From a virus: a stretch of 32,724 nucleotides of DNA. Below, one piece after another: positions 17,488-26,253 of this stretch; within the stretch, counting starts at the first letter, position 1, and the number at the start of each line of letters is the position of its first letter. Both the position numbers and the translations under genes were made by a program. Location of the stretch: IMG/VR virus record IMGVR_UViG_3300011185_000002, one strand, 5' to 3'. Under the pieces are notes generated by a model, which was given only the letters and a program-made list of their open reading frames with translations, did not search any database and was not told the DNA's origin.

Positions 17488-17797
17488 ACCTGTGCATTTG
17501 TGCATTCTGGCTGTGCACCTGCTGCACAACGTAAGCCACTGATATTAAAGGGTTTCAGAGACCTGTGCACTTTGTGCATCTGCCTGGTGTGCGTGTGCAC
17601 CTGTGCAGAGGGGTCCGACCAACTCTTTCTTTTTCTTAGTAATAGTATATGTATATATAAACACGGTAAATCGATAAAGAAATTCAATCTCGCGAGCTGC
17701 ACATCTGCTGCACAAAATGCACAGGCCTGAAAACCACTTAAAATACAAGCATTTGCGCCGTGCACCGACTGCACACCCAAAATGCACAGGTGCACAT
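17488..17797. repeat. Iteron module A: a TGTGCA/TGCACA box array in dyad arrangement around an AT-rich core (candidate origin or operator array)
   Basis: Perfect TGTGCA boxes start at 17491, 17499, 17512, 17564, 17573, 17594 and 17602. Perfect reverse-complement TGCACA boxes start at 17523, 17698, 17709, 17718, 17770, 17783 and 17791. The AT-rich core spans about 17620-17690. No credible ORF is present. Confidence 0.8.
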
Positions 17798-17833
17798 ACC
17801 TGTGAATTCCGGCTTTAATCTGTGATATTATTG

Positions 17834-17862
17834 TTGACCCACCTACCTGATAAGCTTACTAT
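17834..17862 (+). promoter_or_regulatory. Candidate sigma70 promoter for the replication operon (TTGACC, 17 nt, TACTAT)
   Basis: The hexamers lie at 17834-17839 and 17857-17862, about 45 nt upstream of the primase-helicase start and just downstream of module A. Confidence 0.5.
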
Positions 17863-17905
17863 AACAACCAGTCGCATACACAAACACGAACACAGAGGGC
17901 ACCTT

Positions 17906-20470
17906 ATGCTTTTCGAACACCACAAAGCTGACTTGAAGCGCTCCGGGCTATCCGACGAAATGATCGCCGCAATGGGGTGCGAGAGCTTCGACTCACAATC
18001 AATCCAGCGCAGGATCTCTGGCGCTTCCAATGGAGCCGCGTCTGACGGCTACTCAATCCCTTACCCTGGGTCTAACGCAGTCCGCTACCGGCTGAGCACC
18101 GGAGCCCAGTCCGGAAGTGATAAGGCTATCCGGTACCTGTCTCCGATCGCTGACGCGTGGGACGTGTACGTGCCTGCAGGGTTCGACAAACTTAGCACCG
18201 ACACACTGCTAATCACAGAAGGGGAGAAGAAAGCCGCAAAGGCTGTTCAGGAAGGTATCCCAGCTATCGCTATCCCGGGCGTGTGGATGTGGAGGGACCC
18301 GGCTATCGAGCGTGACGGGAAGATGAGCGCCGGAACCCCGATCATCCCGCGTATTGCCGAGCTTGCTAAAGGCCGCAAGGTTGTCATACTGGCGGACTCT
18401 GACGCGAAAGCAAATCAGCAGGTCAAGGCTGCTCTTACGTTGCTCGCTAAAGCGATCGCGCATCAAGTTGAGTGTGAGGCTTCCGTCTTTGCTGTCTGCC
18501 CAGCTCCGGCCGCTGACAAAGTCGGACTTGATGACTGGCTGCTCAGCGATGGTACCAGTCCAGTTCACTCCATGCTGGTAGCTGCCGAGGGTTTTGAGAA
18601 TCCTGGGTTCCGCCTGTCAATACCGTACGCCGAGAAGACTGACGGGTCCTACCTCCACTACCTGATCCCGTTCGACGTTAAGAGTAAGCCGATCCTACCT
18701 CCAGTTCTGAAGGAGTATGAGGAGGACGGGGAGACGATGTACAAGGCGACCGGCGCCCCTTACCTGTACCTGAGGCGTAATCTATTAGTGCTTAACCGCA
18801 ACTCAGACGGTGAATACCGCACTAATGACTCCGACGCGCCAGCTGAGGTCCTCTCAGAAGTGGAGGGTGTTACAGACGATCGCAGGGCCATTCTCGCACG
18901 GCTGAAGGCTACCGACCTATCAGAGAAAGAGGGCATTCTGAAATACGGTCTATCCGGGTCCCCTGCGGAGTTCAGCAAGATCTCACGCGCTCAGCGTAAC
19001 GCACGTATGTGCCCGACCGTTCGAGTGGCTGGGGAGAGGGGCTGGCTGAAAGTTGATGGGAGACTGCACTACCTGTACAGCGATTGTGCTGTAACGCCAG
19101 AAGGTGAAGCCCCTGTACTACCAAATCTAACAAACGACCGCGAGGGTGTCCGAACTGCAGGCGCATCCGGTGACTTTGATCGCTGGGCTGACATTGTTGC
19201 CCAACTCGTAGCGACTCACCCAGTCCAAGCCGCTGTAATGGGGTTCGCTGCAAGTTCTGCTGGCCTGTTCTTTGTACCTGACGCGGAGCCCGGTGTTCTG
19301 CATATCTATGGTGACAGCTCGAAGGGCAAGACCACAACGCTGCAGATCGCCGCTTCTCTAATTGGCCGGGCTACCAATCCGCGTGACCCTAGCAGCTGGA
19401 TCAAAGGCTGGCGGACCACTGACAACGGACTTGAACGTCCTTTGGCTGACACAAATCATGCTCCGCTGATGCTAGATGAGATTCACGCGGCTCCTGCGCG
19501 TACTGACTGGCAGGCAACGGCTTATATGATCGCCAACGGTCGCGGCAAAGAGCGTATGAAGCACACGACTGAGGCGCGCAAGACACCAACTTGGGAGCTC
19601 CAGCTACTCAGCTCTGGTGAAGTTTCAATGGGCGAGAAGATCCGCAAATCTGCAAAAGGTGCCGTTCCTGGTGGGCTGGCTTTTCGGGTTATTGATTTGT
19701 ATGCCGGCAATCTGGATCTTGTCGACCTCGGCATTCACGCTGACGCATGGGAAGAGGTGCTCGGGTATCCGGTTAAGTCTGACGCTGAACTGGCAGAAGC
19801 TCTGGAGACTGAGTTCTCGAACAACTACGGGCATTTCTGGCCTCAGCTTATTGGGTACCTTCGGGATTCTGGGGGGTTCAGCTACGCAGAGATCTATGAG
19901 CGCTTCCGTCGACGGGCAATCGCGTACCTGCCAGAAGACGCATCTACTATCGCTCAGCGTCGTACAAAGCATGTTGCATCTGCAATGGCCGGGCTCTACA
20001 CGATGTGCGAGCTGATCGGAATGGCACCGGACAGAGAAGACAAGGACGTTATCGACAGCGCTGAGGAATGGTGCTACAAAAACATGCTGCTCGCTGGGAT
20101 CGAAGATCTGAGCGGTACCGAAGCAGAGAGCATGATCGAGGTGATTACTGCCGAGATCCTTGCGAACGCTCAGCGCTTTTACCGTCCTGGGGTCGACACT
20201 AAAGGCGGGTCTCAGCTGGGCTGGATTGACGAAGACGGGTCTGTATTCTTGCCAGTGAAGACGGGGTGGAGCCAGCTCTGTCAGGAATGTGGGATCGATT
20301 CCGAGAGGGCCCGGGATGCACTGATGAAACAAGGCTGGAAGAAAGGCCGGTACCGGCACCCAGCTTCGGGCTCTGGATCTAACCCGACAACAACGTTGAA
20401 AGCGTTCGGTCTGATGAAATCGCTGGTTTCTAAAGACGAGAATGAGTCTGACGACTTGCAGCCCCTGTAA
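17906..20470 (+). CDS. Bifunctional primase-helicase (N-terminal Toprim domain plus DUF927/SF3-type P-loop NTPase)
   Basis: The Toprim motifs are LLITEGEKKAAKA and VVILADSDAKAN. Walker A is GDSSKGKTT and Walker B is PLMLDEIH. The segment ANGRGKERM is DUF927-like. An AGAGGG RBS precedes the ATG at 17906. Confidence 0.85.
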   Translation: MLFEHHKADLKRSGLSDEMIAAMGCESFDSQSIQRRISGASNGAASDGYSIPYPGSNAVRYRLSTGAQSGSDKAIRYLSPIADAWDVYVPAGFDKLSTDTLLITEGEKKAAKAVQEGIPAIAIPGVWMWRDPAIERDGKMSAGTPIIPRIAELAKGRKVVILADSDAKANQQVKAALTLLAKAIAHQVECEASVFAVCPAPAADKVGLDDWLLSDGTSPVHSMLVAAEGFENPGFRLSIPYAEKTDGSYLHYLIPFDVKSKPILPPVLKEYEEDGETMYKATGAPYLYLRRNLLVLNRNSDGEYRTNDSDAPAEVLSEVEGVTDDRRAILARLKATDLSEKEGILKYGLSGSPAEFSKISRAQRNARMCPTVRVAGERGWLKVDGRLHYLYSDCAVTPEGEAPVLPNLTNDREGVRTAGASGDFDRWADIVAQLVATHPVQAAVMGFAASSAGLFFVPDAEPGVLHIYGDSSKGKTTTLQIAASLIGRATNPRDPSSWIKGWRTTDNGLERPLADTNHAPLMLDEIHAAPARTDWQATAYMIANGRGKERMKHTTEARKTPTWELQLLSSGEVSMGEKIRKSAKGAVPGGLAFRVIDLYAGNLDLVDLGIHADAWEEVLGYPVKSDAELAEALETEFSNNYGHFWPQLIGYLRDSGGFSYAEIYERFRRRAIAYLPEDASTIAQRRTKHVASAMAGLYTMCELIGMAPDREDKDVIDSAEEWCYKNMLLAGIEDLSGTEAESMIEVITAEILANAQRFYRPGVDTKGGSQLGWIDEDGSVFLPVKTGWSQLCQECGIDSERARDALMKQGWKKGRYRHPASGSGSNPTTTLKAFGLMKSLVSKDENESDDLQPL

Positions 20471-20511
20471 AGGGGCGTTATACTACTGCCATACTCAATA
20501 GGAGACATACA

Positions 20512-20700
20512 ATGATTACTACATTTCAAGCAGCAGAGATCCTCGGGGTATCCGTACCTCGCATTCACAAACTACTTTCTCAGGACCGTGTGAAAGGCGC
20601 TGAAAAGATCGGCCTCCGCCGTGGCACCTGGATCATCCCTACTGATGAGGATGGCCGCCCTACTATCCTGCCTCCGGAAGAGGGGTCGCATAGAGCCTGA
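20512..20700 (+). CDS. Small helix-turn-helix DNA-binding protein (excisionase/MerR-like HTH_17 type)
   Basis: MITTFQAAEILGVSVPRIHKLLSQDRV...GTWIIP is the typical pattern. An AGGAGA RBS is present. Confidence 0.65.
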   Translation: MITTFQAAEILGVSVPRIHKLLSQDRVKGAEKIGLRRGTWIIPTDEDGRPTILPPEEGSHRA

Positions 20701-20749
20701 CTAGTTCCGCCGCAAGGACGTGGCCACCTAAACAAATAACGAGGTGCAA

Positions 20750-23050
20750 ATGTTTCTCACTAAAATCTCTGGATTCCACATCGCCCAGATCAAAGCTGCC
20801 AGCGTTATCGTCATCGATCTTGAGACGACCGGCCTAACGCCCTTTCAGCCAGAGCAGCGCATCAAGAACACTACCAAAGTTGCTGGTATGACAATCCGCC
20901 AGTATAAAGAGCTCTTCCCGAACCTGCAGATCAACACAAAGCTTCGCCCGCGGATCCTGTCAATTTCTATTAACGGATCTGTTGACGAAGTCTATGCTTG
21001 GGATCTCGATAAACTCAGCAAAGAAGACCGCTTAACTCTCTGTGACGCCTGCATCCGAGATAAGATCGTTGCTGGCCAGAACCTCGCTTTTGACTTGTCA
21101 TGGCTATCATGGATCACACCCGCTCAGCCGGCCGGCCTTCTCGATACTGTCCTGTTGGTCCGCACACACCGCCCAGGAATCGCAACTGCAGGTATGAACA
21201 TCAGAGCTCACAGGTCATCACGTCCTGAGGTCAAAGCCGCCGCTCGAAAGATGCTACGACAGAAGAAGACGGCTGCCTCGCTGGCTGGGCTGGCTGCATA
21301 CTTCGAAATTGAAGACGCTGAAGATATTGATAAGCAGTTCCAAAAGCCACAGAACTGGTGCCTGGACCCGCTCTCAAAAGGCCATTATGACTACGCCACT
21401 GGCGACGTTGAAGTGCCGGTGGAGCTGGCTCGCCGGATCCTGGGGATTGACGGATCCGCATATCAGCTTTATAAAGAAGCTATCAAGTCTCACCACTACA
21501 ACATCTCGCAACAAGCGATCCTGAGGCTTGTTAAGATGCATCGCCGGGGAATGCCGATCGACACGAAGGCAGCAAAAGAGTACCAGTGCGAACTGGCTAA
21601 TACGGTATTGGAGAGCGCTACTAAGCTGGCTGATAATACTCCAGAACTTTCGCCGTTCCGTGAATCACTGATGACAATGACTGCATCACTCACAAAAGAC
21701 CTGAAAGAGGCCCTGGCTGGGTGGGCCGGCCGGTATGGCGTTGACCTGCGTAATAAGAACGGTGACGTTGCTGCTGACAAGAAAGAGGCTTCCATTCGTG
21801 GTGCCAACTCAGTACCTGGCTGGGCTGACTGGCTGAGATTGCAGGACGCCAAAAAGCGGTACGCCATGGTCTCTGAGTACCTCGATATCCAGCGCCCGAT
21901 CGCTGATGGCTATGGGACTCTTCACAGCTTGATCGGCGTGAACTGCGCAACTATGCGGACGAGCTCACAGAAGCCGAACATGCAAAACGTCCCTAACGGG
22001 AAGATGCGCGAGCTATTCTCACCGCCCCCTGGCTACCAAATCATTGCAGCGGACTACTCTCAGATTGAGCTTCGAATTGCAGCCGGCCTGGCAAAGAGAG
22101 CCGTTGAAGAAGCTGAAGACTGCACTTCTCAGAAACTTCAACAGCGCTGGATCCGTGAAGCCGTCTCAGTAGCAAAGTCTGGGCATGTCATACCCGGTCC
22201 TGAGAAAGATCCCATGGATTACGTCGACGAAGAGGCCAGGATTGGCGCCTACCTCGATCAGTACCGGAACGGAATTACATCCGCGATCGCAGACATGAAA
22301 CGTGTAGGCATGCCATTGGTGCAAGTCTTTGAGCTGGGGCTGGATCCGCACTTGTCGACGGCGTTAGGTATCTGTATCCGGAAGGGGACTTTCATACTAC
22401 CGGAAGGCTGCATAACAATTGTTGACTTTCTGCGGACCCAGTCAAAAGAGCAAGTCGAAGAGTTAAAAAGCCGGTACGGTGCGGAGCGGAAAGCCGCTAA
22501 GGCTGTGAACTTCGGACTGCTGTATGGTATGGCAGCGTTTAAGCTCTGGCGCACTGGTGTTACTGACTACGGCCTTACTTGGAGCCTTGAGGAAGCAACA
22601 CAGGCCCGTGAGGCTTGGCTGGACCAGTACCCAGAGGTTCGGTTCTGGCAAGTCTGGACCCGCTGCACCTGCAAAGCCGGCCGATTCACGATGATGATGA
22701 AAGATGGGGCGGACCTCGTAGAGAAAGACGTTACTCTTTACGATGTAAAGACCCTCAGCGGCCGCTCTATCTATGCCGCGAGTATGAACTCGGCATTAAA
22801 CTATGGTGACCAAGGGACGGGCGCTGATGTGACACTCGAAGCCGTGACATTGTGTCCGGATGACAGTTCGAGAGGGTGGCTAGTTGATGTTGTTCACGAT
22901 GAGATTGTCGCCATTGCAAAAGATGAGTATACTACTACTTATACAGACTTAATCATTGGAGCAATGGAGCGTGCTGCGGAGAGCAGTCTCTCTCAGTACG
23001 ACATCCCAGTTGAAGTTGAGGCTGGAGCTGGGAGAATCTGGAACCACTGA
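20750..23050 (+). CDS. DNA polymerase, family A (Pol I-like), with a 3'-5' exonuclease domain
   Basis: Exo I is DLETTGL, Exo II is QNLAFDLSWL, and Exo III is YDYATGD. Pol motif A is DYSQIELR, motif B is RKAAKAVNFGLLYGM, and motif C is VVHDEIV. Confidence 0.93.
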   Translation: MFLTKISGFHIAQIKAASVIVIDLETTGLTPFQPEQRIKNTTKVAGMTIRQYKELFPNLQINTKLRPRILSISINGSVDEVYAWDLDKLSKEDRLTLCDACIRDKIVAGQNLAFDLSWLSWITPAQPAGLLDTVLLVRTHRPGIATAGMNIRAHRSSRPEVKAAARKMLRQKKTAASLAGLAAYFEIEDAEDIDKQFQKPQNWCLDPLSKGHYDYATGDVEVPVELARRILGIDGSAYQLYKEAIKSHHYNISQQAILRLVKMHRRGMPIDTKAAKEYQCELANTVLESATKLADNTPELSPFRESLMTMTASLTKDLKEALAGWAGRYGVDLRNKNGDVAADKKEASIRGANSVPGWADWLRLQDAKKRYAMVSEYLDIQRPIADGYGTLHSLIGVNCATMRTSSQKPNMQNVPNGKMRELFSPPPGYQIIAADYSQIELRIAAGLAKRAVEEAEDCTSQKLQQRWIREAVSVAKSGHVIPGPEKDPMDYVDEEARIGAYLDQYRNGITSAIADMKRVGMPLVQVFELGLDPHLSTALGICIRKGTFILPEGCITIVDFLRTQSKEQVEELKSRYGAERKAAKAVNFGLLYGMAAFKLWRTGVTDYGLTWSLEEATQAREAWLDQYPEVRFWQVWTRCTCKAGRFTMMMKDGADLVEKDVTLYDVKTLSGRSIYAASMNSALNYGDQGTGADVTLEAVTLCPDDSSRGWLVDVVHDEIVAIAKDEYTTTYTDLIIGAMERAAESSLSQYDIPVEVEAGAGRIWNH

Positions 23051-23060
23051 GGAATTAGAC

Positions 23061-23279
23061 ATGAGAAAAATAGACGACGCATTTTACAGAGCAGTGCTGG
23101 CGCTGATTATCGTGCTCTGTTTTGTTCCCTGGCAGCATTTACGCAGGGCTGCATTACGCTTGGCGATCTTTGCTGGGCTAATTTTGCTGGCATTCTATGT
23201 CGGCTATTCATCACCAAAAGTTGGAGAATTACATGACAACTCGAATCATCGCAGACAAACGATTACTCGAATTCTGTAA
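23061..23279 (+). CDS. Small membrane protein (72 aa, 2 TM helices)
   Basis: A GAGGAA RBS is present. The hydrophobic segments are AVLALIIVLCFVPW and LAIFAGLILLAFYVGY. Confidence 0.5.
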   Translation: MRKIDDAFYRAVLALIIVLCFVPWQHLRRAALRLAIFAGLILLAFYVGYSSPKVGELHDNSNHRRQTITRIL

Positions 23280-24429
23280 GACCGAGAAGCAGAGCGAAGC
23301 AGTGCAAGCTGTTATCGACACCGGTAGCATCAAAAAAGCAGCGCAGAAACTGGGGCGTTTTGACAGCTCAATCCAGCGCTCACTGAGCAGGGCACGGAAA
23401 GAGGCTGCAGCTCAGAACGTGGACCCTGCTGACGAGGCAGAAGCGCGGACCATGGAAGGCTTCACAGTCAAACGGAAATCAACGCTTTACGACCGCCGTG
23501 ACGGATCTACTATGTTGCAGTGGGTTATCGAAGAGCCAAGCAAAGTTGCCCAGGCAGAAGCGTTTGAGGAAGCAATCCGGGACTTGATCCAGGACCTGCC
23601 AAAAGCCCCAGTCACAAAGCTGAAGCGCAAGGCAAAGAAGCTGGATCCGAACTTGATGAACATCATACCTTTCGGGGATCCGCATTTTGGAATGTTGGCG
23701 TGGGATGACGAAGTTGGTGACAACTTTGACCTTAAGATCGCAGAAGACGACCACACCAACGCAGTCCGCGAGCTGATGAACCGGGCACCAAAGGCAGAGC
23801 ATTGCGTTTTGATCTCACTAGGCGACTACTTCCACTTCGACAATATGAACGGCACCACGGCCAGGTCTGGGCACGTTCTCGATGCAGATGGCCGGCTGCC
23901 TAAAGTGATCAACTCCGGGATCCGCTGCTACATCAACATGATCCGACTGGCACTTGAGACGCATAAGCATGTGACTGCGATGGTCATCCAAGGCAACCAT
24001 GACGAGGTGCTGGCGAACGCTATGCAAGTGACACTGGCATTCGTTTTCGAGAACGATCCGCGTGTTACTGTTCCAGTCAACCCGGCTCACCGGCATTACC
24101 TGGAGCACGGAAAGGTGCTTATCGGTGTGACGCACGGCCATGAGACAAAAGATCCGCAACTGCCGATCATTATGGCAACTGAACAGGGTGAAGCCTGGGG
24201 CCGCACGAAGTTCCGTTACTACTACCGCGGGCACCACCACCACGATGAGATGAAAGAATACAACGGCTGCACGGTTGAGCAGTTCCGCACGATAGCTGCC
24301 GGGGACTCGCACGCTGTTCACCATGGCTATCTGAGCCACCGAGATGTTAAACTGATCACTATGCATAGCGATTATGGCGAAGTTGGAAGGCAAGTCTGCA
24401 GCGTCGAGATGCTTCGCGATAAATATTAA
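23233..24429 (+). CDS. Calcineurin-like metallophosphoesterase (Mre11/SbcD-type motifs) with an N-terminal HTH
   Basis: The motifs are FGDPHFG, SLGDYFHFDN, IQGNHDE, THGHE and RGHHHH. The N-terminal segment KTEKQSEAVQAVIDTGSIKKAAQKLGRFDSSIQRSLSRARK looks like a sigma-70 region-4 / LuxR-type HTH. Confidence 0.75.
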   Translation: MTTRIIADKRLLEFCKTEKQSEAVQAVIDTGSIKKAAQKLGRFDSSIQRSLSRARKEAAAQNVDPADEAEARTMEGFTVKRKSTLYDRRDGSTMLQWVIEEPSKVAQAEAFEEAIRDLIQDLPKAPVTKLKRKAKKLDPNLMNIIPFGDPHFGMLAWDDEVGDNFDLKIAEDDHTNAVRELMNRAPKAEHCVLISLGDYFHFDNMNGTTARSGHVLDADGRLPKVINSGIRCYINMIRLALETHKHVTAMVIQGNHDEVLANAMQVTLAFVFENDPRVTVPVNPAHRHYLEHGKVLIGVTHGHETKDPQLPIIMATEQGEAWGRTKFRYYYRGHHHHDEMKEYNGCTVEQFRTIAAGDSHAVHHGYLSHRDVKLITMHSDYGEVGRQVCSVEMLRDKY

Positions 24430-24432
24430 CCT

Positions 24433-24453
24433 GGGGCCCTGCGGGGCCTTTTT
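24433..24453 (+). terminator. Rho-independent terminator
   Basis: The hairpin is GGCCC-TGCG-GGGCC, followed by TTTTT. Confidence 0.6.
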
Positions 24454-24469
24454 AATTGGAGACTAAGGC

Positions 24470-25747
24470 ATGGCTATTGTTGAAGGCCCTTTTCAAAACA
24501 TAACTCAAATTGCTTCTGGTGGAGCTTTTTGCGTTTCAATTAACCTATCCTCATCCAGTATTCTCTCAGACCAGAACTTTGTCAGGTTTGTAGGCGGTGA
24601 TGGATCCCAGTTCGACTATAATCTTGGATCTAGTTTCCAGTTCCTGAATAAAAGGTCGCAGGGAGCTGAGCCGGTCCCGGTGCTAGGGCTTAAATGTGCA
24701 TTTCCTTTTATCGCAAAAGAGAGGAACCTGCTGACCAACTTGTATACTGCAGGTTTTTCTGTGTTTGACGGGGCAGAGGGGTTAGTATCCGCCATCTCGT
24801 ACCAATGCTTTGACCTGAAGTTTATAGGTCGCTTCCCGACCTCAAAAAGTAAGTTTGTCTACTTAGTTGAGGGCGGCCTTGACGAAGGTATCTACGTGGG
24901 TCAAATCCAGGAAAATGGGACGATTAACGTCACCGCCTATGTGCCGTACATCGATATACAGCTGGATGAATCACTGTTCAATGCGTGGGATCAAGCGGTA
25001 GCTGCAGAAGTAGAGCTCCCAGGCAATCCGCTTGCAGTGTATTTCTCCGATCCAGGGGACCCTGAGCCGGCAATAATAAGATTCGGTTTTAGGGATTTCA
25101 TAGCTATATCTGGTACCCGTGTAGCAGTGACTCCCAGAGTGATAAAAATCAGGGAGGTTGGGCCCGGGGGGAACGATAGAGAGACCTACATAACAGTATT
25201 TGTGATGCTGGACAGCACTCTGACACCTACTACCGTAACGGTCGACCCGGACATCCCGACCCCAGATTTCCTCCCAGCCATACAACCACCTATAAGCGAT
25301 TTTGTCGGTAACATCCGGGTAGACGACGCGAGTAGCAATGATCAGCTTCTGCTGACGCCAACGCTGCAGTACATCGGCCCTAGGCCGAGAATAACAGGAC
25401 AGACCTTTACGCCTAACACAAACGCTTACCTGAGGCTGGTAAGTGAGACTGAGTCCGGATCTTTCGGCTTCATTGATGTGACCAGAAGATTTGAGTTTAT
25501 AGATTTTCAGAATAACGACGTTTACGGGGTGACGCCATTTTATGACACTCTGACAGACTCAAATCCTATCGAGACAGCAATTGACTTAGATGGCAGCGGG
25601 GTGCTGTTCTCCGCGGCCGCGATATTCGGAAGAACCGATAGAGCGACCGTGTACGCCGGCAGCTTCAATAATGGGGATAGTTTTTCTTCCAGAAGTAGCC
25701 TATCAAACAGGCGGCCGATAAATATCCACTATGGAGCTCTACTATGA
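24470..25747 (+). CDS. Large hypothetical protein (425 aa ORFan)
   Basis: A GGAGA RBS is present. The ORF is clean and overlaps the RuvC-like gene start by ATGA. I recognise no motif. The 5' third has visibly lower GC than its neighbours. Confidence 0.65.
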   Translation: MAIVEGPFQNITQIASGGAFCVSINLSSSSILSDQNFVRFVGGDGSQFDYNLGSSFQFLNKRSQGAEPVPVLGLKCAFPFIAKERNLLTNLYTAGFSVFDGAEGLVSAISYQCFDLKFIGRFPTSKSKFVYLVEGGLDEGIYVGQIQENGTINVTAYVPYIDIQLDESLFNAWDQAVAAEVELPGNPLAVYFSDPGDPEPAIIRFGFRDFIAISGTRVAVTPRVIKIREVGPGGNDRETYITVFVMLDSTLTPTTVTVDPDIPTPDFLPAIQPPISDFVGNIRVDDASSNDQLLLTPTLQYIGPRPRITGQTFTPNTNAYLRLVSETESGSFGFIDVTRRFEFIDFQNNDVYGVTPFYDTLTDSNPIETAIDLDGSGVLFSAAAIFGRTDRATVYAGSFNNGDSFSSRSSLSNRRPINIHYGALL

Positions 25748-26253
25748 AATCATTTATAGGCTGTGACCCAGGACTTAGAGGCGCAATCGCAATAGTCAAC
25801 GAGCGTGCTGAACTTATCAGCTGTTTCGACATGCCAGTCAGAGAGATCCGGGGCGTGAAGACGGCGACCGTGAAGAATGAAGTCAATCCCAGTGAGCTGG
25901 TGGCCAAGCTGGATCCAGGCCCGCTTTACGATCTTGAATATGGTATAATTGAGAGAGTCGGGACGCGCCCAAGGCAGGGAATTGCAAGCGCTTTCGGGTT
26001 CGGTGATAGCTTCGGCGCTGCCAGGTCTGTACTCGAATGTGCATGCGCTGGACGGATCGGGGAAGCGAGACCTGCAGACTGGAAGCGTGACCTGGGACTT
26101 GAAACGCTGGATAAAGACGCGTCAATCGAGAAAGCAAAGAAACTTGTATCCGGATCTGAGCAGTTCCTGACCCGGAAGAAAGATCATGACCGGGCTGAAG
26201 CGATATTGCTGGCCTGGATGGCATTGAAGAGGTGGAAAAATGGCAAACGCTAA
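25744..26253 (+). CDS. RuvC-like Holliday junction resolvase
   Basis: The N-terminus FIGCDPGLRGAIAIV carries the catalytic Asp of the RNaseH fold. The C-terminal segment DHDRAEAILLAWMAL is typical of phage RuvC-like resolvases. Confidence 0.7.
   Translation: MKSFIGCDPGLRGAIAIVNERAELISCFDMPVREIRGVKTATVKNEVNPSELVAKLDPGPLYDLEYGIIERVGTRPRQGIASAFGFGDSFGAARSVLECACAGRIGEARPADWKRDLGLETLDKDASIEKAKKLVSGSEQFLTRKKDHDRAEAILLAWMALKRWKNGKR

Noticed and set aside
17508-17525. A sigma54-like element (TGGCTGTGCACCTGCT, with GG-N10-GC spacing), and NtrC-like TGCAC...GTGCA half-sites.
   Set aside because: Only the GG/GC spacing matches, and the flanking consensus positions do not. The half-site spacings differ from the 17-bp NtrC dyad. 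The match is probably a by-product of the box array.
17439-17795. Cys/His-rich ORFs over module A: the plus-strand ORF at 17500-17730 and the minus-strand ORFs at 17439-17795 and 17545-17787.
   Set aside because: The Cys and His richness comes simply from translating repeated TGTGCA/TGCACA boxes. The ORFs have no RBS, and module B does not conserve an equivalent reading frame.
17488-17797. Reading the repeated boxes in modules A and B as a CRISPR array.
   Set aside because: The repeat units are 6-8 bp with 2-13 bp spacing. They occur in both orientations, and no 25-40 bp repeat/spacer periodicity is present. No cas genes are present either.
19625-20359. A 244-aa minus-strand ORF. Similar long antisense ORFs occur at 23818-24393, 31119-31688, 27951-28484, 3634-4215 and 10718-11191.
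   Set aside because: All lie entirely inside plus-strand genes with strong motif support (primase-helicase, metallophosphoesterase, Sak, methylase, MuF, tape measure). Their Ser/Arg/Leu/Pro-rich translations look like antisense artefacts.
20461-20476. A hairpin, GCCCCT-GTAA-AGGGGC, spanning the primase-helicase stop codon.
   Set aside because: No T-tract follows it, so it is not a canonical intrinsic terminator. It may affect mRNA stability, but sequence alone does not support calling it a feature.
20512-20700. Treating the excisionase-like HTH protein as evidence for a temperate lifestyle.
   Set aside because: No integrase, recombinase, CI/Cro-type repressor pair or attachment site was seen anywhere in the complete genome. 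The fold is also common among generic small DNA-binding regulators.
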